DNA of 64,000 bases, taken from assembly GCA_964429815.1 (NCBI GenBank), contig CAYSCM010000001.1, positions 32,001-96,000 of the forward strand. The letters run 5' to 3'. The DNA comes from an uncultured Candidatus Saccharibacteria bacterium (GTDB lineage Bacteria; Patescibacteriota; Minisyncoccia; Phycocordibacterales; CAYSCM01). A program made the position numbers and the translations under genes. This document shows positions 18,271 through 26,996 of this stretch, one piece after another. Position 1 is the first letter of the stretch. Each line of letters opens with the position of its first letter. Below the pieces are notes generated by a model. The model saw only the letters and a program-made list of their open reading frames with translations, did no database searches and was not told the origin of the DNA.

Positions 18271-19248
18271 CTACGTAAGCCCTAGCTTCTGCATCATCTT
18301 GACGTTGTGGTAGAGAGGATTGTTGAGACCGTCTGTTATGTCGCCCCGTTCGTATGCTGCCTTTATAGAGCGCACTGCCTCGGGGATATCAAACTGGGCC
18401 TTAAAGCCGAGTACACGCTCTATCTTGTCGGCATTGAGCTTGTAGGAGCGGTTATCGACGATCGAAGCCGATACCTTGATCGAAACTGCGGGGTCGTTGA
18501 GAACATCCTTGATGAGTTTCCCCGTATCGAGCACCGAAATATTCCAGAACCCGGTATTGAAGACTTCGCGATGAATTTTCTCCTGCGGAGCTGCGAGGAG
18601 CGTCTCGTAAATACGCACCATGTCGCGGATATTTATATGGGGTCGCAACTGGCTCCCGCCGAAGATGGTTATTTTCTTGTTTACGAGCGCATGCATGGTA
18701 AGTAAGTTCACGGTGAGGTCAAGTCGCAAACGCGTCGCGTAACCACACACCGTGCCCGGACGCACCGTCACGTAGTTGAGGTTGGTACCCTCAAGAACCT
18801 TTTCACACTCGAGCTTGTACTTGCCGTAATCCGTGATCGGCCTTCCCACCCTCTCCTCGGTCACTTCCCCCTCTTGGATACCATAGGTGCTCGCGGAGCT
18901 TGCGTAGATAAACCGACCGATGTCGTTTTCCTTCGCCGCATCGATGACGTTGAAGAACGCGTCGTAGTTGATCGATTTCCCGAGCGTTGGGTCGAGCTCG
19001 AAGCTCGGGTCGTTCGACACGCACGCAAGGTGAATGAGGGAATCGCAGCCTTTGGCCGACTCGATTAACTTTTTTCGGTCACGGATATCTCCCCGGATCT
19101 CAGTGAGGTTTTTCTGCTTGATGCCGGAAAAAACATCGCCGTAGAGATAGAGGTCGTACACAACGACGCTATGGCCCGCTTCGAGAAGTTTCGGAACGAG
19201 AGCGCTGCCGACGTATCCCGCTCCGCCTGTGATGAAGATCTTGGTCAT
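18271..19248 (-). CDS. NAD-dependent epimerase/dehydratase (extended SDR)
   Basis: The N-terminal motif is MTKIFITGGAGYVGS. YGKYK is the YxxxK motif. Confidence 0.75.
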   Translation of the reverse strand: MTKIFITGGAGYVGSALVPKLLEAGHSVVVYDLYLYGDVFSGIKQKNLTEIRGDIRDRKKLIESAKGCDSLIHLACVSNDPSFELDPTLGKSINYDAFFNVIDAAKENDIGRFIYASSASTYGIQEGEVTEERVGRPITDYGKYKLECEKVLEGTNLNYVTVRPGTVCGYATRLRLDLTVNLLTMHALVNKKITIFGGSQLRPHINIRDMVRIYETLLAAPQEKIHREVFNTGFWNISVLDTGKLIKDVLNDPAVSIKVSASIVDNRSYKLNADKIERVLGFKAQFDIPEAVRSIKAAYERGDITDGLNNPLYHNVKMMQKLGLT

Positions 19249-19250
19249 AG

Positions 19251-20309
19251 TTATGCGAGAAGTTCGCTTATAAAATCTTTGAGTTCCGCTTTCTTGATAG
19301 GTCTCTTATTGCCCACTATGCCTATCGCAAGTGCTCCGACTGCATTGCCGATAAAGCCGACCACGTCGAGCGGCACCCGGTTATGTACCAACGGGGCCGT
19401 CAGGGCCAGGAAAGCATCTCCCGCCCCCATTCGGTCGGTAAACGAGCTCCTCATCGTGGGGGCGTTCGTGATCTTCCCCCGATTATATAGGTAACAACCC
19501 ATGGGCCCTCCGGTCACAATGAAGTTTTTGTACCGGAGCTTGGTGGCGACGTTTCGCATGACGCTTATTAGGTCGTGATTGCGCTCGCGCGCCTCGAGCC
19601 GGAGCTCTCGCTCATCGGCGCAAACATAGTCGGCTTTTGGAAATACCGAAAGGGTATGAAACCCCATATTACCCGCGTTCGCCTGGGCCGTAAGGGCCAA
19701 AAAGGGTGAACGCTGCATAAGCTCCTTACGGCTCGCCCGGTCGAGCATGCCGTGCCCGAAATCACCGCAGATGACCAGATCGTGGGACTTGAAGAGCTTG
19801 CGAAGTGTCCGGACGACCTCCGCGCTCTCGCTTGCGCTCGGAGACTTGTCGCTCATAACGTAAAACTCGAGGAGTTTCTGAAGCGGTACCTCTTCCATAA
19901 ACCGCTTCTTCATGATGGTGGGAGCGCTCTTTTTGTAGAAAAAGACTGGCTTGACGTTTTTCGGGAGCGAGCGGCGAACGAATGCTTCTTGGGAATTTTC
20001 CTCGCCGAGCATGGCAAAAAGCGTCACCTCCTTGCAAAAGCTCGCGAGATGGTTGGCGATGGCGATGGACCCTCCGGCGTAGAGCTCTTTTTTTATTTCT
20101 TTGAGCGCGACGATGGGTTCCTTAGCGGACTTTCCAATGGACCTTCCGAACGTATATTCGTCGAGAATAGCCTCGCCCACCACGAGGACTCGCGTGTCTT
20201 TCATCGCTTCGAGCACATCAAAAAGGTACTCTTTCGAATACCTCTTCTTGAAACGCATCAGGTACGAATTCCAGTCGGTGCTAAGATTCTCTTTCATGGA
20301 TTCCGACAT
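19251..20309 (-). CDS. PfkB-family sugar kinase, D-glycero-beta-D-manno-heptose 7-phosphate kinase-like (HldA / RfaE domain I)
   Basis: VLVVGEAILDEY parallels RfaE-I VLVVGDVMLDRY. The C-terminal GAGDAF is a PfkB motif. The start is likely the ATG at 20309 (MSESMKEN); the ORF track extends to 20612, but that would overlap the upstream gene. Confidence 0.7.
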   Translation of the reverse strand: MSESMKENLSTDWNSYLMRFKKRYSKEYLFDVLEAMKDTRVLVVGEAILDEYTFGRSIGKSAKEPIVALKEIKKELYAGGSIAIANHLASFCKEVTLFAMLGEENSQEAFVRRSLPKNVKPVFFYKKSAPTIMKKRFMEEVPLQKLLEFYVMSDKSPSASESAEVVRTLRKLFKSHDLVICGDFGHGMLDRASRKELMQRSPFLALTAQANAGNMGFHTLSVFPKADYVCADERELRLEARERNHDLISVMRNVATKLRYKNFIVTGGPMGCYLYNRGKITNAPTMRSSFTDRMGAGDAFLALTAPLVHNRVPLDVVGFIGNAVGALAIGIVGNKRPIKKAELKDFISELLA

Positions 20310-20353
20310 GGTACCTGATGGGTGGGAAAAGAAAAGCCGCGAAAAGCTTCCTC

Positions 20354-21724
20354 CTAGGAAATAAAACTGAGCACAGCGGAAGCGATGTGAGAGGCCGACA
20401 TTCCGTCGAATTTCCAGCAGTAGCGATCTTTGAAAACTTTGCGCCGGTCGCTGTGAATCTCGGGGTGCGCAAGGTAGATGTTGATCCATTTCGCAAGTTC
20501 TCCCTTGGAGCCCACGAGAGCGGTCGAGCCGATGGAGAGCCAGGAAACTTGATTTTCCTCCAATCTCCAGCGCCTCACGAGGCTGCGCAGGAACGGTACC
20601 TTTGTTTCCCACCCGTCGAAATTGATGGTGATGAGCGGTTTATCGAAAATAGAAGAATCGATGATGATGGAAGAGATGGTATTGATGACCAGCGAGCTCC
20701 AGTAGAGTGAATCGTAAATGTGTTGAAAGAAGCTCATGTCGAGTTCCCCCTCTCGCTTGTCACGCTCAAGGTCATTGAGCTTGGCGGGGCCTGGAATATC
20801 AATAATAAAGTGCTCGTCTGGTGTGAATTTGGAGAGGTCGACGGGGAGGAACGGGTGGAGCCGAACCAAAATTTGCAAATCGTCGGGGATTTTCTTCTCC
20901 GCAAAGAGGTCTTTGAGGATCTGGCAGGTCTGCCAGTCGGTGTCGATGAAAAAATGTCCGGCGGGCGCGAAGAGGACGAGGCGTTTCTTCGGGTCAGCGC
21001 CGATTTTCTTAAAAAATTCTTCACGCGGGGTCGGCTGCATGGTGAGGTACTTTTCAAACTGCGGGACACCTGATAGCACGATCGTGGTCTCTTTGATGTG
21101 GTGGTAGCGCACCATATCCTCTTTCATGACCTCGTTATGGACGATGAGCCGATCCGGCACGAAGCGAGCATAGCTACGGGACGTCGTATTGTCCCACGAA
21201 CGCACCATCGCGACCGTTCTCACCCCGCGTGCTTTGGCATTTTTGAGAAGGAAGAGGTCCGAGTGATTAAAAAGGTCGGTCGCGAACACGACGCTGGGCC
21301 GATATGTCTCAACATATCGATTGAACGTGTCCTGATTATTGAGCCTATAGTCGAGAAAACGCAGGAATTTCTTGACTGGCGTGATCGGAGCGAACAGGGC
21401 CGTGAAGAGAAGCGACGTATAGTACTTCGGCCAGTTACCCGTCTTCGTCCGCGCCTCGAGTTTATGGATCCACATGACGTTCGTGTCGAGGAGCCACTCG
21501 GCCAGTCTTTGGAACAGCCGGTTGCGGAAACTGGTTACGTTCTTTCCAAGTTCCACCCCCTCGACAATGACGCCCGGGTAGCGTATTTTAAAATATTCCT
21601 CCTGGGGTTTTGCAACAAAAAGGACGACCCGCGCCTCCTTGGTGAGAAGATCGAGCACTCCCGTGTTGAGGATATTTTTTGTTATAAACGGATGAAAATC
21701 CGTAATGAAAACCGTCGGCTTCAT
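20354..21724 (-). CDS. Putative CDP-glycerol/ribitol glycerophosphotransferase-family (TagB/TagF-like) GT-B enzyme
   Basis: RLVLFAPAGHF resembles the TagF (I/V)LYAPTWR catalytic region. It is 456 aa with no transmembrane segments. The assignment is tentative. Confidence 0.4.
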   Translation of the reverse strand: MKPTVFITDFHPFITKNILNTGVLDLLTKEARVVLFVAKPQEEYFKIRYPGVIVEGVELGKNVTSFRNRLFQRLAEWLLDTNVMWIHKLEARTKTGNWPKYYTSLLFTALFAPITPVKKFLRFLDYRLNNQDTFNRYVETYRPSVVFATDLFNHSDLFLLKNAKARGVRTVAMVRSWDNTTSRSYARFVPDRLIVHNEVMKEDMVRYHHIKETTIVLSGVPQFEKYLTMQPTPREEFFKKIGADPKKRLVLFAPAGHFFIDTDWQTCQILKDLFAEKKIPDDLQILVRLHPFLPVDLSKFTPDEHFIIDIPGPAKLNDLERDKREGELDMSFFQHIYDSLYWSSLVINTISSIIIDSSIFDKPLITINFDGWETKVPFLRSLVRRWRLEENQVSWLSIGSTALVGSKGELAKWINIYLAHPEIHSDRRKVFKDRYCWKFDGMSASHIASAVLSFIS

Positions 21725-22821
21725 TGAAATAGAGACTTCACCGAGGCAATCACGTGGTCCGACTCAGTTTTCGTAAGTGACGGATAGAGCGGTAGTGCGA
21801 TCATGCCGAAGCCACGCCGCTCGGCGTTGGGGAAGTCCCCTTTTTTGTACGCATATTTTTCCACGTAGTAAGGTTCGAGTGGGATGGGATCGTGATTGAC
21901 TCCGGTCTCCACTCCTAAGGCAGAAAGTTTTTTGCGCAGCTCATCCCGATCGTTCGGATCGACATACATCGCAAAGACATCGTACGCGTGCCGAACATTC
22001 TTATTTCGTCTTGGAAAGGAGACGCCTTGGATGCCGACAAACGCCCTCTCATAGACCTCATACCACTTTTTGCGCTTTTTCCACTGGGCCTCAATACGCG
22101 CGAGTTGGGGAATAAGCATGGCGGCCTGGAATGAGGTCAGAGGGTAACGATAGCCCAGGTAGAGCATACGACGATTACCCTCTCTTTTTTCCATCCCACT
22201 GTCACAAAAAACCCGTACCTTGCGGCACAGCTCAGCGTCGTTGGAGACCATAGCCCCCCCTTGCCCGCTCGTGATGTTTTTTGCCGCATGGAAACTGAAG
22301 AAGGCCGCCGCGGTGAGCTGTCCAGGGCGGATCCCCTCAAAATCACTCTCGAGTGCATGCGCGGCGTCCTCGATGACAAGAAGATTGTGCTTTTTTGCGA
22401 TCTGTGCGAGCCGCTTGATATCGACCATGTTGCCGTAGTAGTGGACCGGTACGATAGCCTTTGTTTTTACGGTTACAGCTGCCTCAATTTTGGCGAGGTC
22501 GATGAGCGATGTGTCTGGATCGACATCAACAAATACTGGTTTCGCACCGGTGTATTCGATGGCGTTTGCAGTCTGGACCGCAGAGAGGGCCGACGTGATA
22601 ACTTCATCTCCTGATCCGACACCAAGGGATGCCAGGGTCGCATGGAGCGCCGCAGTGCCACTTCCCACGACCGCGGTGTCTTTCGCCCCAAGGTATGCCG
22701 CCAAGTCTCCTTCAAGCTCCTTGGAAACCGGCCCGTATGTAAGCCATCCCGATTTCATCGCTTCGGTGGCTCGTTGTATGTCAGCCTTCTTAATTTCGGG
22801 TTTTAGAAATTCTACCTTCAT
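21721..22821 (-). CDS. DegT/DnrJ/EryC1/StrS-family PLP-dependent sugar aminotransferase
   Basis: FSFHAAKNITSGQGG contains the PLP lysine in the conserved SFHxxKxxxxGEGG block. The N-terminus has the SGWLTYGP pattern. Confidence 0.85.
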   Translation of the reverse strand: MKVEFLKPEIKKADIQRATEAMKSGWLTYGPVSKELEGDLAAYLGAKDTAVVGSGTAALHATLASLGVGSGDEVITSALSAVQTANAIEYTGAKPVFVDVDPDTSLIDLAKIEAAVTVKTKAIVPVHYYGNMVDIKRLAQIAKKHNLLVIEDAAHALESDFEGIRPGQLTAAAFFSFHAAKNITSGQGGAMVSNDAELCRKVRVFCDSGMEKREGNRRMLYLGYRYPLTSFQAAMLIPQLARIEAQWKKRKKWYEVYERAFVGIQGVSFPRRNKNVRHAYDVFAMYVDPNDRDELRKKLSALGVETGVNHDPIPLEPYYVEKYAYKKGDFPNAERRGFGMIALPLYPSLTKTESDHVIASVKSLFQ

Positions 22822-23537
22822 CTCGTGAAGACAAGCATTTTGTATTTCGACTTCGTGGCGCCGACCATGCGATACAGCGAATCCAAAAACAAGGTGAGCG
22901 TGTATACAAACCAGTTTTTACCTAAATGAAAGAAAAGAAAACTATCGATGAAGTTGACATGGCGCAGTTCTGAGAGCGTGGCACCCACAGCCTCAAACTT
23001 AGCCTTAATCTCCGGCAGGGTTTCGACCTCCTTGTAAGACAACCCTTTCTGGAACGAAGGTACGCTCTCAGGTATGTACTCAAGCAATAGAATTTTGCTC
23101 CCCTTTTTCATGCCAGCTATTCCTTCAAAAAAGGCCAGCCTGGCTTCCGCCGAGAGGTGGACATATACGGTCGTAGTGTATACCACGTCGGCCTTCTTGA
23201 TAGCCTCGACAACTTCCGGTCGTGGTAATGGTTTTGGAACGAAGGATGTTTGCGGCAGGGTTCCGCGTATCCTCTGCACAATTTCGATATTGAACGGGAA
23301 ATCAAAACCCGTGAAGTGCGCGTTTGGCGCCAGTCTGTGAATCGCCTCAAGGTACTCGCCTACGCCGCACCCGACATCTACAACTTCCCTTGCTCCGGCA
23401 AAGTCACGGCGAGAGAAGGCGCCCGTGCGAATGTGGTAGGCGTACCGGTCTTGCCAAACATTATGATAGTGGCAGGGATTGTGGCCTTTTTTTGTTTGTT
23501 CGAGCCAATAGTCTTCTGTGCCGTTCGTATCAAGCAT
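22818..23537 (-). CDS. SAM-dependent methyltransferase
   Basis: VVDVGCGVGEY is motif I. It is 239 aa. Confidence 0.65.
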   Translation of the reverse strand: MLDTNGTEDYWLEQTKKGHNPCHYHNVWQDRYAYHIRTGAFSRRDFAGAREVVDVGCGVGEYLEAIHRLAPNAHFTGFDFPFNIEIVQRIRGTLPQTSFVPKPLPRPEVVEAIKKADVVYTTTVYVHLSAEARLAFFEGIAGMKKGSKILLLEYIPESVPSFQKGLSYKEVETLPEIKAKFEAVGATLSELRHVNFIDSFLFFHLGKNWFVYTLTLFLDSLYRMVGATKSKYKMLVFTR

Positions 23538-24669
23538 GGGTGAGTATCGATTCGTATGCGCCTATGTACAGCTCCCCAATTCTATCCCAGCTGTGTTTTT
23601 TCGCTTCCTCTTTTCCATGCCGTGACATTTCCTCGCGAAGCGCGGGGTTCCCTACGATCTTTCGAATGGCGTCCGCGAGTTCTTTCACTGAATCCTGCGG
23701 CACCAAAAATCCATTGTAGCCGTTTTTTATCACATACTCAGAACCAAACCCGTTGGTACTCACGATAGGAGCCCCCAGTGAATGGGCTTCGTAGTAGACC
23801 ATGGGGAATCCTTCGAATGATCCTTCGATCGTCTGTGCCGCCAGCACGAAAAGAGTACAAGTGCTGTAAAGCTCAAGGAGCTTCTCGTCACTCACGCGCC
23901 CGAGAATATGGACCTGGTCTTCAAGCTTGAGCTCTTTCACAAGGGCCTTCAGCTCTTGTGCAAAAACATCGGTATCATGATAACTTCCCGCGATCTTATA
24001 TTCGAGCTCAGGAAATTCATCGCGAAGCAAATTGAGCGCGCGGACCACATAATTAGTACCCTTGCGCGGTTTGAGGCCTCCGACGGTCAGGAGAAATGGT
24101 TTCTTGGAAGCGGGGTAGCTTTTGATACCAATGAATTTGGATGGATCGACACCGAAGGGCACAAAGTGCCATCGATTGCCGAGCTTTACTGCTCGCTCGA
24201 TGCGCTCAATATTTTGCTTTGACCCGGTCGCGATGTAAGCGGCGTGGTCGTACATAAAGCGCATTACGATGCGCTTAATTCGCTGCCGCATGGTGTTTCC
24301 CGTCGGAACCACGCAGTAGGTCCCAGCAAGGGTGATAATGAATGGCTTACCTAGCACCCATGCCGCAAACGCCGCGCCTGGGCCGAGCGGCTCTATAAGC
24401 GCATGGATCACATCGCAATCTCGTAAATAACGAAAACACATAAAGGCGGTGTGGATCTGGTTCTTGAGTCCGAAACTCAAGTGATTCTTGGACAGGACGT
24501 TTTTTATTTCGTAGTTGACCAGATCATTTTCTGCCTTCTTCGAGGAAAGTACCACCACATTGTGGTAGCGCGCGACCCCACCAACAATGCCCTTCGAAAG
24601 CGTGTCCCAGCCGCCGTGGTAGGAAATCGAGGAGGTCACGTAGCCGATTTTGAGCCGCTTCATTGCCAT
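23530..24669 (-). CDS. Glycosyltransferase family 4 (GT-B)
   Basis: The C-terminal EGFPMVYYEAHSLGAPIVSTNGFGSEYVIKNGYNGFLV is the EX7E-type GT4 donor-binding region. Confidence 0.75.
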   Translation of the reverse strand: MAMKRLKIGYVTSSISYHGGWDTLSKGIVGGVARYHNVVVLSSKKAENDLVNYEIKNVLSKNHLSFGLKNQIHTAFMCFRYLRDCDVIHALIEPLGPGAAFAAWVLGKPFIITLAGTYCVVPTGNTMRQRIKRIVMRFMYDHAAYIATGSKQNIERIERAVKLGNRWHFVPFGVDPSKFIGIKSYPASKKPFLLTVGGLKPRKGTNYVVRALNLLRDEFPELEYKIAGSYHDTDVFAQELKALVKELKLEDQVHILGRVSDEKLLELYSTCTLFVLAAQTIEGSFEGFPMVYYEAHSLGAPIVSTNGFGSEYVIKNGYNGFLVPQDSVKELADAIRKIVGNPALREEMSRHGKEEAKKHSWDRIGELYIGAYESILTHA

Positions 24670-24713
24670 ACGCTAGCAGATAAGCCAATAAATACGAACT
24701 GGATGATGGATAG

Positions 24714-24742
24714 TTGACTATTGCAGATAATCGTGCTACAAT
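24714..24742 (+). promoter_or_regulatory. Near-consensus sigma70-type promoter (TTGACT-17-TACAAT) for the Nudix gene
   Basis: -35 TTGACT is at 24714-24719, followed by a 17-nt spacer and -10 TACAAT at 24737-24742. GAGGAGG precedes the ATG at 24775. Confidence 0.5.
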
Positions 24743-24774
24743 TTTGCCCGGTCTACAAAGCCGAGGAGGCACAC

Positions 24775-25362
24775 ATGCCGAAGTTCTTTCCTGCCCGCCC
24801 CGACCCGGAGCCGCCGGTCTTTTTCGAAGGCGGCGATGGCGTCCGCAAGGGATGGAGCCGGCCGTTCCTTGATGACGCTGAATACCTCACTGCCCTCAAC
24901 AAGCTCCTGATCGTCTGTTCGGACGTCTTATGGGTGAGGCCGGAATCGCAAGAGCTCTGGCTCACCTGGCGCAAGGTGCACAGCACGAAAGGCCCGTGGA
25001 TGTTCGGCGGGCGTCAGCTGCGCGGGGAAACGCCGCGCGAAGCGGCCGTGAGGAAACTCTCACGGGAGGTCGGTACCGACGTCGGGCCGGATGAACTCTC
25101 GTACCTGGCGACGCTCGTGTGGCTCTCCGAATTTCGTCAACAAGAACCCCAGGGCGCCGGCTGCCATTTCATCCTGTTCCACTACTGCTGGCAGCCACAG
25201 GACGAGCTGGTCGCTTCGAAGCAGGCAAAGCTCGACCCGGCCGAGTACGATCTCGAGCACGGCATCAAAGCCTACGGCTTGGCCGACATCGAAGCGCTCG
25301 ACGGGAAACTCTGGCCGCAACGCCAGCTTCTCATCGATCACTGGCGTCGCTGCTTCGGCTAG
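24775..25362 (+). CDS. Nudix hydrolase, GDP-mannose mannosyl hydrolase-like (Gmm/WcaH/NudD-like)
   Basis: GGRQLRGETPREAAVRKLSREVG is a degenerate Nudix box that closely parallels the E. coli Gmm box GGRVQKDETLEAAFERLTMAELG. The ORF has a good SD and is GC-rich. The ORF track starts earlier, at 24721. Confidence 0.6.
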   Translation: MPKFFPARPDPEPPVFFEGGDGVRKGWSRPFLDDAEYLTALNKLLIVCSDVLWVRPESQELWLTWRKVHSTKGPWMFGGRQLRGETPREAAVRKLSREVGTDVGPDELSYLATLVWLSEFRQQEPQGAGCHFILFHYCWQPQDELVASKQAKLDPAEYDLEHGIKAYGLADIEALDGKLWPQRQLLIDHWRRCFG

Positions 25363-25385
25363 TAGACGTCCGCTCTCGTTCTTAA

Positions 25386-25420
25386 CACTTTCGGCCGCAC
25401 CCACAGGGTGCGGCTGATTT
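25386..25420 (+). terminator. Rho-independent terminator (copy 1 of a repeated element)
   Basis: The stem cggccgcaccc-acag-gggtgcggc is followed by tgattttt. Confidence 0.6.
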
Positions 25421-25423
25421 TTC

Positions 25424-25451
25424 TTGACTATTTAAAATAGTGTGATATTAT
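25424..25451 (+). promoter_or_regulatory. Near-consensus sigma70-type promoter (TTGACT-16-TATTAT) for the hypothetical gene
   Basis: -35 TTGACT is at 25424-25429 and -10 TATTAT at 25446-25451. AGGAGAGGA precedes the ATG at 25483. Confidence 0.5.
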
Positions 25452-25482
25452 CTTCCTAGACTAGAAATTTCAGGAGAGGAAC

Positions 25483-25977
25483 ATGAGCGTGGATAGACTA
25501 CTAATCTCCAAAGAAACAAAAACCCATGAATGGTATCTTCAAAAAAAAGCCCGCGCCGCAGGCGAAACGGGCTATGATCTCTTCTTCAGCAGACTGCAGC
25601 CGTCGGACTTCAGTTTTGTCCTAGAGAAAGAGGCGGGCCGAGTCCTAATTGTAGGGACGAATTCTCAAATTCGCAATTTTTTTGCGGACCAAGAAAAAAT
25701 CCTTCGCGAGGTCTGCACAAGACGTGCCATAGCAAATCCGACGTTCATGGCCGCTGCCTCAACCAACTGGTTCTGGCAAAAATTCTTCAACTATGGAAAT
25801 TTTTTGGACAACCATCCCGAGGGAGCGACCCTTCCCGCGTTGGTTATTGCCTCGGGCGACATCCGCCACTACGACGACTGGGGTCGCGGCACCACTATCG
25901 ACAAGATCGATACGTGGCTCTCTGGCCATTGCGAGCGCTTCGGTGTACCGATTGAGTACATCAAAAGCGCCAATTAA
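25483..25977 (+). CDS. Hypothetical protein (164 aa), no recognisable family
   Basis: The ORF has a strong SD, its own promoter and its own terminator. I found no motif I could assign. Confidence 0.55.
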   Translation: MSVDRLLISKETKTHEWYLQKKARAAGETGYDLFFSRLQPSDFSFVLEKEAGRVLIVGTNSQIRNFFADQEKILREVCTRRAIANPTFMAAASTNWFWQKFFNYGNFLDNHPEGATLPALVIASGDIRHYDDWGRGTTIDKIDTWLSGHCERFGVPIEYIKSAN

Positions 25978-25987
25978 TTAAGACTTC

Positions 25988-26022
25988 GGCCGCACCCATA
26001 GGGTGCGGCCGATTTTTACTTT
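25988..26022 (+). terminator. Rho-independent terminator (copy 2, near-identical to 25386-25420)
   Basis: The stem cggccgcaccc-atag-gggtgcggcc is followed by gatttttac. It is the same 36-nt unit as copy 1, with 2 mismatches. Confidence 0.6.
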
Positions 26023-26996
26023 CCGGGATTTTTTTCGTACCAGGCGATTGTTTTTTTGAGGCCATCTCGTAGTGCCGTCACCGCTTCCCAGCCGGTATCG
26101 CGTTTTATTTTTGAGACGTCCGGAACACGTCGCTTCACGCTTCCCGTGGGACCTGGTTTGCGTTCAATAACGTTCGGCCTCCATCCGGCACGTTCGAACA
26201 AGACTTCGACGAGTTCCCCGATGTTAGTCTCGACGCTCGTACCGATATGATACGTCTCCCCGTCCGTTTTAGAACTTTCCATTACCGCCTGCATCGCCTC
26301 GACCGCATCATCAATGTAGCAAAATGAGCGCGTCTCATCGGCGCCGTAGAGGGCGAACGGATCTTCGCGTCGCTCGATGCGCCCCAACACATCGGGAATC
26401 ACGTGGTGGCCGGAGCGGGGTCCGTAGAAATTATGGGGGCGTACAACGACCGTGCGAAGTCCATACTGTTTTGCATAACTGTTGAAGAGTAGTTCTCCTA
26501 TCAACTTAGTACCGGCATACGACCACCGGGGATTACGAGGGTCAGCGATGACAAGCGGGACATTTTCAAGCGTAGGCAGCGGCAAGATGCCGAAGGCTTC
26601 AAGGGCACCGGCATATGCCTCGTTCGACGAGGTAAAAAGTATTTTTGACCCCTTCTTGTTCTTCTTAAACCACTCGAGCGCATGGACATTAAGAAGAAGG
26701 GCGGAGCGGAGAATTTCCGCAGGTATCTCATAAAAAAGCTTGGTCGAGTTAATGGCGGCTAGATGGTAGACGTCGTCAAAATCGAAGCCGAGCTTCTCCC
26801 AAGCTCTTGCTTGCGTGAGGTCGCACTGTAGGAACACAACTCCCCTCTCCTTAGTGAGAGCCCGGAACTCTTCGTCATGCTGCCCGAGCGCAAAGTTATC
26901 TACCAGGGTGAGCTCGTACCCAGCACCCTGTAATCGCTTAGCTAGGTGGTAGCCGACAAATCCTGCTGCCCCGGTTATCAAAACTCTTTTTGCCAT
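26016..26996 (-). CDS. NAD-dependent epimerase/dehydratase (extended SDR)
   Basis: MAKRVLITGAAGFVGYHLAKRL is the N-terminal motif, with the start at 26996 (cat at 26994-26996). YAGTK is the YxxxK motif. The longer ORF-track N-terminus has no support. Confidence 0.75.
   Translation of the reverse strand: MAKRVLITGAAGFVGYHLAKRLQGAGYELTLVDNFALGQHDEEFRALTKERGVVFLQCDLTQARAWEKLGFDFDDVYHLAAINSTKLFYEIPAEILRSALLLNVHALEWFKKNKKGSKILFTSSNEAYAGALEAFGILPLPTLENVPLVIADPRNPRWSYAGTKLIGELLFNSYAKQYGLRTVVVRPHNFYGPRSGHHVIPDVLGRIERREDPFALYGADETRSFCYIDDAVEAMQAVMESSKTDGETYHIGTSVETNIGELVEVLFERAGWRPNVIERKPGPTGSVKRRVPDVSKIKRDTGWEAVTALRDGLKKTIAWYEKNPGK

Noticed and set aside
24670-24713. Minus-strand promoter for the 20-gene operon in the divergent region upstream of 24669
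   Set aside because: Only weak -35/-10 candidates (TCAACT ... TATTTA) could be found. I did not call it as a feature.
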